This document shows positions 54,278-64,000 of a stretch of 64,000 bases of DNA, in pieces (the first letter of the stretch is position 1; each line of letters starts with the position of its first letter). A program made the position numbers and the translations under genes. The DNA is taken from positions 6,076,001 to 6,140,000 of the forward strand of contig CDPCPM010000026.1 in assembly GCA_976551045.1 (NCBI GenBank), read 5' to 3'. The notes under the pieces are model-generated. The model saw nothing but the letters and a program-made list of their open reading frames with translations. It searched no databases and had not been told where the DNA came from. The stretch is from Glaucostegus cemiculus. Its lineage: Eukaryota.

Positions 54278-55939
54278 TAAGATGACCGCAATATTACGGA
54301 GGGTTGAACAAGGGATGTTAGCCTGGAGGTAAATTGCAACAATCAGGTCCAGAGGTATCGGGTTGGCCTGGTAGATTTTAAAAATGAGTCAATTGGTGGG
54401 AAAAGTCTCAACTGTGTAAATTCATTTTTGTTGATTAAGCAACAAGCATGTCCATGAACAGAAAGTTAAGAATGAAAGGAGAAAGAAAAAATACAGCAGG
54501 AATCAAAACATTGTAAATAAGTTAGGGTAACATTAAAAGACAACCAAATTAAGGAAGAAAATAAGGCTATCAGACCAAGGTTTCATTAGTTTCTGACATC
54601 CTTGTAAAATAAAATCAGATTACTTCAGAGGCTGTGTTGAATCTTGAATACCATTATATTGTGATATAGGGGAAAAGAAGAGAAAGTAGTACGGTGTTTT
54701 TGGAGTGTAGAAGGAACAAATATGGAAAGCGGAAGGAAGCAATCATCATATTAGTCTCATTAAAATGCATAAAAGGTTGAGAATCAGAAATGAAAATGTC
54801 CAGGAACTGGAAACAACTACTTGCAGGTTATATTAAACATGGAGAATTAAACATTTCCAAGAAGAAAAACAAAATCTATTACATTGAGGGTTTTTTTTGT
54901 GCAGTTTAATCAATTTTCATTTCCATGTTCACACTGGTCTTTTCAATGAACTCTTGATTCCCATCTGCTAACAGAAGAAACTTTGATCATTAAGCAAGAG
55001 AAATATTGAACAGTGGACAAAAAAACGGAGTCGCAACTGAAGCATGCAATATATTTTATCCTGCAGTTATTAAATTAAACCAATAGCTTGTGGAGTAGAA
55101 GGTTATAAATAGTTTACAACCACTGTGCCAAAATATACTGCAATGTTACTTTTCCCCCATCCCCTCCCCCAAAGCTATCTGGTCCAGTTATCTCTTGTTG
55201 AAGGCTCTGCTATTGTCAGAAACCAAACTTTCACACACTTTGAACAAACAGATAATCATTTCTGAACAAATTGAAAAATCCTGTTGCCCTGATAACAGTC
55301 TTCCTGTGGGCCACCATAATACGTACAGTTTCCCCAATTATCCAGAGAAGCTGTTTCAGCTAATGTGCGCTAGGTAATTGAATCAGGAAAAATCCTCAGC
55401 TTTTAAGCAATCTGTCCAACATGTATATATAAAAAAAGTAATACATCTTTAAGTCAAGTGGCTAAGCAAAGTTTTGAAGCATTACATCAGCCATGGGTAT
55501 TTAGGATTAACTCAATGAGAAGTGTGGGGCCGAGTTCTGGTATTGATGAGAGCAGTGTTGAATACACAGTAAACATAATCCATTATAAGCAGTACACCCT
55601 GATAGCTGGCAACAATCACATCTGCTCAATGAATCAAGGAGCATTCAGAAAATACTTCATATTTAAGTTTTGAACTTAAAATTGTGTTGTTCATTAAATA
55701 TCTGTGTAACATAATTCCAATGCTCTAAAGTCACTGTTTACATTGGATGAGTCTGGAGTTTGAGAGATGTGTACCATCAGTTCTATTGTTGATTCTGTGG
55801 CAGGATGCAGTTTCACACTGTGGTGTTGTTTCTGTCTTGATCTGTAACCTTCCATGTGTACACTAACAGCATTAAGGTGCAGAACAGGAAAGAGGGGTAT
55901 CAGTGGATGTGCGGTTTTGGATTCTGAGTCTTTCCAACA

Positions 55940-56420
55940 GAGTGTCATACAAGAGATTACTAAACAAAATTAGAGTGCATTGGATTGTGAGTAATGTACT
56001 ATTGGGGATTCGTTAATGGACAGAGAAGGGACAGGAAATAAATGGATCTTTTTTGGCTTCAGAGGTTGTTAACAGAAAGAGGGTGCAGGAATAAGTGCTG
56101 GGTTTCCAGATAATCACAATCTATAATCAATGGTTTGGATGAAGGGCCAAGTGTTTTATATCCAAGTTTGATAATGATCAAAAGTTGTGTTCTGACACTG
56201 ATGCAGAGAGGCTTCAGACAGATAGATAAGGGCTAAGTGAATTGAGAGGAGATGGCAGATGGAATATAATGAACCAGATGTGACCAATACCCTCTTGAGT
56301 TCAGAACAATGAAGTGATCTCATTGAAACAAACAAAATTCTTATAGTGCTTGGCAGGGTAGATGCACAGACGATGCTTCCTTTTGCTAGGTTGTCTCGAA
56401 CCAGGGTCAGCCTTTGAGGA
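55940..56420 (+). mobile_element. Degraded CR1 RT fragment
   Basis: RLLNKIRVHW..., tatatccaagtttgataatgat (ISKFADD-like). Confidence 0.65.
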
Positions 56421-56424
56421 CAGA

Positions 56425-56987
56425 GATGAGAACATAGAACAGTACAACACAAGAACAGGCCCTTCGACCCACCATGTCTGTGCCCACCCTGATGCCAATC
56501 TAACTAATCCCATCTAACTGAACGTGGTCCATATCCTTTCCTTGCCTGTTCATGTGCTAGGCTAATTGCCTCTTAAGACTGTTGTTGGATCTGCTACCAC
56601 CACCTCCTCTGGCAACATGTTCCAGGCACCTAACAAAAATAACTTGCCTTGCAAATCTCCTTAAAGTGTTCTCCTTTTACCTTAAAGCAATGTCCTCTAG
56701 TATTTAATATTTCCACCCTTGTAAAAAGACTCTGACTATCTACTGTATCTCTGCATCTCCTCATTCTTTTATACGTATATCTGGTCTCCCCTCAGCCTCT
56801 GATACTCCAGAGAAAACAATCCAGGTTTGTCCAACCTCTCCTCATAGTGAATTCTCTCCAATCCAGGCAACATCCAACATCCTGGTGAACCTCTTCTGCA
56901 CCCTCTCCAAAGCCTCCACATCCTTCCTGTCGTGTGGCACCTGGAAATGCACACAATACTCCAAATGTGACCAAACTAAAGTTTTAT
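56425..56987 (-). mobile_element. CR1 3' fragment
   Basis: MLPGLERIHYEERLDKPGLFSLEYQRLRGDQI (ORF 56769..56954) plus CR1 tail. Confidence 0.88.
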
Positions 56988-57858
56988 ACACACAAAATGC
57001 TGGAGGAGTTCAGTGGGTCAGACAGCATCTATGGATGGAAATGAACAGTCAGCGTTTCAGATCAAGACCCTTCATCTGGCCTGAAAGAGGGGAAATAGCC
57101 AGTTTAAAGGGGTGGAGCAAAAATGGCAAGTGATAGGTAGATCCAGTGGGGGGGTGGGAGGGTGTTGAAAAGCAGATGGGGGAGGCGAGAGTGGGAATGA
57201 TGTCGGAAGCTGGGAGGTGATAGGTGGACGTGACAGAGGGCTGAAGATGATAGAATCTGATAGAAGAGGAAGGTGGAGCATGGAATAAAGGGAGTGAGGT
57301 GGGGACAGCAGATAGGATCAGTGGGGAAGGAGAAAGAGATGTGGTGATGGGGGCTAGGGTATCAGGAGGGGGAGGAAGAGCTCCCCCTCTGTCCCTTTTC
57401 TATTTTCTCTGGTCCCCATCATCCTGCCTCTTTCTGCACCCACACCCTCTCCATCTGTCCATTACCTGCACGTTCCTCCCACTGATTCCTGTCCAAACTC
57501 CCTCCCTTTATTTCATGTTCCACCTCCCTTTCTTATCAGACTCCACCATTTTCAGCCCTCTGACACTTCCACCAGTCACCTCCCACCTTCTGACTCTGTT
57601 CCAACTCTCCCCTCTCCCATCTGCCTATCACCCCCCCCCTCACCTGTATCCACCTATCACCCACCAGCTCTTGCTTCACCCCTTCCCCCCACCTTTTCAC
57701 ACTGGCTCTCTCCCTTCTATCTTTCAGTCCAGATGAAGGGTCTCGATCTGAAACGTCAACTGCCCATTTCTCTCTATAGGTGCTGCCTGACCCACTGAAT
57801 TCCTGCAGAGTTTTGTGTGTTGCTCCATATTCCAACACCTGCAGTCTTTTGTGTCTCC
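56988..57858. mobile_element. Large inverted (palindromic) PLE insertion with 10-bp TSD
   Basis: Purine-rich left arm and pyrimidine-rich right arm; aaagttttat at 56978-56987 and 57859-57868; hammerhead-like motifs at 57046-57083 (minus) and 57725-57762 (plus). Confidence 0.88.
57725..57762 (+). ncRNA. Hammerhead ribozyme-like motif with CAGAUGA core variant
   Basis: cagtc-CAGATGA-agggtctcgatct-GAAAC-GTC-aactg. Confidence 0.6.
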
Positions 57859-57879
57859 AAAGTTTTATTCAGCTTCACT

Positions 57880-58125
57880 GCTTCACTCAGAGGATGCTGA
57901 ACCTTTAGAGTTCTCAGCCCAAAAGTGGCTTGAAGACTTTGTTGCTGGGTAGAATCAAGAGAGAGAGAGATTTCTGGATATTAAGGGAATGAAGGGAAAT
58001 AGGGTTAGTACAGGGAAGTTGCACTGAGGTAAAACATCAGCAATCACCCAATGAATGTCAAGGTAGAATCAAGGAACCAAATGGCTGACTCTGTTTCTAT
58101 TACGAGTATTTTCATGTTCATTTAT
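57880..58125 (+). mobile_element. CR1 3' end, degraded
   Basis: ttcactcagagg (FTQR)...gatttctggatattaagggaatgaaggg...aatggctgactctgtttctat. Confidence 0.65.
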
Positions 58126-58231
58126 GTCAAAAAATGTAGATCAGCAGCAATGGCATGGGTACATCCCATTATTCACACGCGTTTTGTACCAGGTGCAATT
58201 AATAAGAAATTTTAGAAAAAGATGCACAACC

Positions 58232-58671
58232 TGTTCTTGGATCTGGTTACTTTCAAATCCACAGGTTCTTTCAGGAGTCCAGGAATGAGTTGAAAACAAC
58301 TTGGTGCTTCAAAGTTTTATTGGAAAAGTTTAAAAACAAAGGAACCGTCACTGAGCACATGGGACTAGCTTTGATGAGCCGAGACAAAGGGAACAAATGA
58401 TGAAGCTCAGGCCAGGGGAGATGAGCAAGAGAGAGATTAACAAAAGGACGACACCTTTTATACCTGAGGTAAGAGATGATCTTTAGCTAACAATAGTCCA
58501 ATCAGGAAACCTACTAGATACTTGTGGCCAAACCAACCAATGAGAAAGCCACATATTCACCTGATGGATGAACCAATAAGCTAGTAAGCGGCTATTCCTT
58601 GTGCAGCCTCTTGAAGTATATTAAACACTATACATGTTAAAAAAAACTAATTAAAACAGTTGAATCCAACA
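58232..58671 (-). mobile_element. Probable solo LTR
   Basis: TGTT...AACA ends; on the minus strand three ATTGG (CCAAT) boxes (58574, 58538, 58498), then TATAAAA (58456-58462), then AATAAA (58316-58321), in U3-R-U5 order. No TSD resolved. Confidence 0.55.
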
Positions 58672-60826
58672 CTGTCAACAAGATTGCCAAGACTGAGAAG
58701 AAGGATATAATGTCTATTATGGGGGGGAGGAGCGATAGGGTAGGTTCACTAAAATATTACCAAGATTTGAAGGGTTGAATAATAAAGATAGATTGAATAA
58801 AATTAGCTCGTCTTTCCTTGGGTGTAGAAGATTAATGCTTGAAAGATTTGAAATGATAAAAGCATTTGATACAGTAGCTATCAATAAGGTTCAATTGTTG
58901 TCTTCAAGATTAAGATCAATAGATTTTTGTAAGGTAAGAGTATCAAAGGAAATAGATCAAAGGTAAACAGACTGCATTAAGGAACAGATCAGCAGTGATT
59001 TTACTGAACATAAGAATGGTCTTGTAGGATTATATTGACACTCCAGTTTCTATAATCTACCTGCCATCATTCTGGTTGATATAACAGATTATCTCCCCTG
59101 TAGTGCAGTTGCCTAATCAGTATCAAATTCTACAAATCCTTTGGTACCCAGAAAGATGCAGCAATGATGAGGTGCTCAGGAGCCAGTGAATGTTTTTGCA
59201 GAAACTCACATCCGCAAAGTTCAGGTGAGGGTAATGTGAAGAGGGTTTGGCGAGAGATTGTTGAGGGTTGTCATGTTGAGATTGGCATGGATGTTGGGGT
59301 CTCAATTGTTAGGAAATGGAGGGCCCAAGAGGAAGTTCTCAAAAGATCATCTTTTTAGATATAAAAGGCATTGATCTGAAGCCACTTGCCAGCACTGGAC
59401 AGCAAAAGGTTGGGTCCTGTTCAGATAAGACACCTTTAAGTTTAGTTGAGGCTGGCCTCACCTTCATTGGGATGAACTACCTCTTCAAGAGTTGGTTGTG
59501 CACCCCTCTCCTCTGTGCACTTGTAGACGCCTCAGCACATTATTGTGTCATCTGGATGGAAAGCTGCAGACCTTGTTACCAATGTGGTAGGTTCCAACTC
59601 TTAAATAGAAATCAGTTTTCTGATGAAATTCTACAAAGTAGAACACATAATATTTGTGCTGTCTAGGCCCAAACATTTTAATTTTTGATGCCGCACTTTC
59701 TTTGTTGCTCTATCTTATGTTTCATTATTCAAGGACTTAAATAGATTAAGCTTTCTGTAGGTGTAGAATGAACATGCAAAGCTCCAGGCATCCAGCAGTT
59801 GTAACCGAACCTAAAGCTCAGTTTGTAACCTGCACTCAATATCTTCATAGGACAGCCCTAATATGTAGGACGAAAGAAAATGAAAACCTGAGTGCATGAA
59901 AAAGCTTGTGAGCAGATTGATATCACATAAATGAAGGAACCTTCCTGTCTTTAGCACCTGTATTATATACCCTTAGGACATCGTCTCATTTGGGGCAATT
60001 TACTTGGATTAGAATTAAAATTAACACATTATCATGAAAGCCCTGTGTGGTTAATTTAACATAAAATGAAGCATGATTGCACAAATTTCTTTGGGTAATT
60101 TGAATGTTTGAATCTTCGTGACAGTCGCTGAGAGTTGTGGGAGCCTGGATCCATAAGACAGCAAATAGTAAAAACAGTGAAAGCAGCCGGGAGTTTCACT
60201 GATGAACTAAAACATCTTTCAATCGTTGAGCGACTCAGTGCAGAAGATGTATCCCTTGCACTGTTCAGAATAACCGATTTCAAATCATAATACCTTTGAA
60301 ATTGTTCCCCTGGGGCATTAAATGACTTCTTCAGAATGTTAAATGAATATAACTGATAGGAAAGAGCCAATGAACAGATTCACCACATTATTCATCCCCA
60401 CCTTCCTTCATATTACTCAGTTAAGGAAAACCCTATTAATCCCACTGGCTGTATTATTCCTCAGAGGGCACACGATATAGAGAGTTAAAGTGAGTCGGAT
60501 GGCAGTTTGCTTATTTAATGAAAGACTGCATGAACGGTTTGCAAAATTAGATTCAGTGATGATATCAAGGTAATTTTATTTTCTGGCAGTAAAGGCTTTA
60601 AAAAGCTGGGATTGGCATAGGACCTCTTGACAAACAGCCGTACCAGAATGGGAAGGAGATTCCTGCAATGGATCAGTAGTTTCTAGCAAATAGTAAAACA
60701 ATACTGCTTAGGATCTGGAATTTTTAGACTTTCAGTGTAAGTATTGGCAAATGTTGGAAACACTCAGCAGGTTAGGGCAGATGTAAAAATGTTTTTGAAG
60801 TCACTTATGACATTTTATGTCACTTG

Positions 60827-61380
60827 TGTAATATAGTGTGTGCAGCAGCTGTCTGAGTTGAAGTTTTGAATAAACCAACCATAACTAGTTTGAGCTCCTT
60901 GTGTCTTGTGTATAAGTTTGTACACTCTGAAATGAAGCTTGTTAGAGGTTATGACCTCACTGAGCGCACATTCCTAGTATTGGTGACACGGATGGGGTAG
61001 CAAAGATGATATTTCCAGTTATGGAGTTGGGGCAGTGATGAGCCATGTCATGGGCAATGGCCATAAAAGATCTACTGCTTACACTTCACACACATTGACC
61101 AAAAGAGGAAAAGAAAACATACCCGTACTGAGAAGTAGACATTGGCAATCATACTTAGAGTTACATTGCTTAATCAATTTTTGCTGGGAATACCATTTGC
61201 ATACAAGCTGCTGTTATCCTTTCTGGGAATGAAGTCTGCCATTCATAGGATGGTGGCATTAAGGATGCAGAGATGGAATACCCTCCTTCTCAATTTAACC
61301 ATGATATTAAGTGCAGAACATCAAAAAAAAACCAAAATGCTGCTGTGGATTCTTTGTCAAGACTACCTTATAAAGAAGCC
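60827..61380 (+). mobile_element. Gypsy remnant: LTR, PBS and RNase H fragment
   Basis: LTR about 60827-60978; PBS tggtgacacggatggggt 60981-60998; then SSYGVGAVMSHVM...AYTSHTLTK, KLLLSFLG...RMQRW, AVDSLSRLP. Confidence 0.85.
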
Positions 61381-62189
61381 ATGGCCAACACAGAAAATGA
61401 AATTTATACTCCTGGATTTTGCAGGATTTGGAAAGTAAAACTGGTCAAATTTACAGTCATCACCCCAGGTAAAGGACAGTAGCAGTGGGACTTCTACACA
61501 TGAGTTCCAAATTTGCAAGCCATGACTTGCCACAGGGCAACAGGCTGCTGTCTGAAGCTGGAGTACAATGAGGGAGTGATGGGTTGAGGTGATTTTCCGC
61601 ACCTATGTTGGAATTCCCTCAAAGATCCTGCACTGGACAGAGAATGCTCACCCATTAATTTCAATCTAATGAAACAGTTGGGAGGGAAAAGTAAGTATTT
61701 GTCCTATATTTACTGGAGTTATTTGAATATAAGTCATTAATGACTAATACACATAATAAATCTCAGAAGTAATGAAACTGAGTCCTGAAGCTGTTTAACA
61801 GCAAAACATTAAAATCTGTGTTAATATTTCTTCAATTAATCTGTGAAGCTAAATTGTTTCAAAGTCAGATTTCTATGTCATTATATCACAAACAATTTTT
61901 CCCACATGTGCTGTTTAGAGCATATGGCAAAGTAACATCAACGTAGTGTGACCCAGATCCTCTGAGGGTGAATCCTAGTGGTTACCTTGTGAGGGATTCC
62001 AATGCTCTTTCATCTGTTCTGCAATAACTGTACTGTAGAATTGTATTCCAGTAATAACATGATTACTACAGAACAGAACATGAGTGCTAATTCAATACAG
62101 GCTTTTACTTCATTTATTACCGTTGATATTATTTGACTTGTTAAATATTTTGTTTTACTGAGCATAAATCTGGTATTTGTCCACTGTAA

Positions 62190-63030
62190 AATTTACTTCC
62201 AACGCATTAAGCTGCAAGTTCAATTTCTGCTCCAGTGATCTGGCTAAGAATGCAATGTTGTACCAAGGGAGAGCTACATTGTCAGAGGTGCTGGCAGGTG
62301 ATGAAAGGTTGGCCTGAAGAGTCATCTGCACCCTCTGATCTAAAAAAAACAATCCACAGCATCCTTCAAAGTTAACCCAGGTTTCCACGCCAATACCTGT
62401 CTCTCATTTAACATTTCTGAAGAGGTTATTTGATCATTATCATTTTGGTATTTGTGGGAGCCTAGTGTACTCAAATTTGATTATGCTTACCTACACTTTG
62501 ACTACAGCAACACACAAAATGCTGGAGAAACTCAGCAGGTCAAGCGGCATCTATGGAGGGAAATGAACAGTCAATATTTTGGGCCGAGACCCTTCATCAG
62601 GACTGGAAAGCCAGAATAAAAGGGGAGGGGAGGACCACGAGCTGGCAGATGATAGGTGAGTTCAGGTGAAAGGGGAAGGTAGGTGGGTTGGGTGGGGTAG
62701 GGGAGAGGTGTAAAAGGAAATGATGTGAGAAGCTGGTAGGTGATAGGTGGAAAAGGCAAAAGGCTGAAGAAGAAGGAATCTGATTGCAGAGGACAGTAGA
62801 CCACGGAATAAAGGAAAGGAGGTAGGCAAGGGCAGGGGAGGGGGAAAGAGAAAGGGTGAAGGGGTCACAAGATGAGGGAAAACAAAGGGGGGGGAACAGA
62901 GTGGAGTGGTTACCAGAAGTTAGAGAAATCTAACTGACTGCAATTATTTAATTAACTGACTACAGAAGTATTTAATATATGTTGCAAAATGCTTTGGGAC
63001 AGTGTGAAGACCACAACATGAATACTAAAT
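62190..63030 (+). mobile_element. Deu-type SINE interrupted by a PLE
   Basis: agggagagctacattgtcagaggtgc...tttgtgggagcctagtgt...; the tail atgctttgggac resumes after the PLE. Confidence 0.6.
62508..62930 (-). mobile_element. PLE pseudo-LTR; hammerhead-like motif at 62568-62605
   Basis: Reverse complement matches 50100-50575. Minus strand: cagtc-CTGATGA-agggtctcggccc-AAAAT-ATT-gactg. Confidence 0.88.
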
Positions 63031-63140
63031 CTTATAATGAATTTCAGAACTAGAATTATTTTTATTACTTTTAAATGCAAATTTTAAAACAAAGGGAGAA
63101 AAGCTAAAATTCAAGCTGTAAAGAACATGAGTAAAGAACA

Positions 63141-63416
63141 TGGGGCGGCACAATAGCGTAGTGGTTAGCGCGACGCTGTTACAGTGCCAGTGATCGGGGT
63201 TCGATTCCCGTCGCTGACTGTAAGGAGTTTGTATGTTCTCCTGTGTCTGTGTGGGATTCCTCCAGGTGCTCCGGTTTCCTCCCACATTCTAAAGACGTAC
63301 GGGTAGGTTAATTTGGGGGTTTAAAATGGGCGGCGTGGGCTCGTTGGGCTGAAAGGGCCTGTTACCGCGCTGTAAAATAAAACTTTAAAAAAAATATTTT
63401 AAAAAATTAAATTTAA
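63141..63416 (+). mobile_element. Young HE1/V-type SINE
   Basis: A box (tagcgtagtgg), intact B box ggttcgattcc, V-domain, retained CpGs, CR1-like end and A/T tail. Confidence 0.9.
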
Positions 63417-64000
63417 TATGGACAACTTATACTGCAACCATCTTCGAATGTGGTTGATGCAGCGCTAATGGACAGTAGATAGAATTGGGGAACAATTAAG
63501 CTGTCACAAAATGTACTTGGATCTAAGTCACTTAGATCCAAATTACCTCTGTCTTTTGCACCAGAAAGTGAGATTATGTTGGGTTTATATGTTTAGTGAG
63601 CTCCGATTGACTGGAAATTCCAGGTACATGTACAGTGAGCTCAAGCCATATCAGAAAATTAGACGTGAAGTGATTATTTAATTTCATGAAACAGTCCCAC
63701 CTTTCTTGAGTAAAGAGCTGCAAATGATTCTGAAAGTAAAGAGTGTCTGAGGGCTGTCTTCGGTCAGATATTGCATTCACCTCTCTCATTATGTTAATTG
63801 TGCACACAACAAGGGACTTCATCTTAGCAGCAGACAGCACGGCAAAACAACTTGTATTTTTTTAAAGTCATACCAAAATTGAACATGACGCATTTAGTAA
63901 CATATAAAAGTGTTCATTTTTGGTTGCACATATGTGCAATCAAAAACAGTCTCCATTTCCCTAGGTATCAATCTGACAGGCCACTTAGTACATACTGAAG

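Noticed and set aside
63141-63215. tRNA gene
   Set aside because: The A and B boxes continue into a SINE body, so this is a tRNA-derived SINE head.
1-64000. Prokaryotic-type systems (CRISPR arrays, operons, retrons)
   Set aside because: The sequence is CpG-depleted vertebrate DNA with no long ORFs and no regularly spaced repeat-spacer array.

Overview
AT-rich, CpG-depleted vertebrate DNA that is intronic or intergenic. The repeat complement (HE1/V-type SINEs, Deu-type SINEs, CR1, L2, Rex1-like LINEs, Penelope-like elements) points to a cartilaginous fish, possibly a ray; this is inference. I recognise no host protein-coding gene, and every ORF with a recognisable protein motif is a transposon remnant. 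Main content: (1) about 14 Penelope-like (PLE) pseudo-LTR insertions. Several are inverted (palindromic), several have 10-14 bp target-site duplications (TSDs), and many carry decayed minimal hammerhead ribozyme motifs with covarying stems. (2) A complex templated inverted duplication at 957-2353. (3) Two internally deleted members of one old Gypsy family with tRNA-Ser-type primer binding sites (PBS), plus a probable solo LTR. (4) Transposon-poor stretches rich in Pbx/Hox/Meis motifs that may be conserved enhancers. (5) Two weak minus-strand micro-exon candidates. Repeat family names come from recalled consensus motifs, not a database search, and repeat boundaries are approximate unless a TSD is given.
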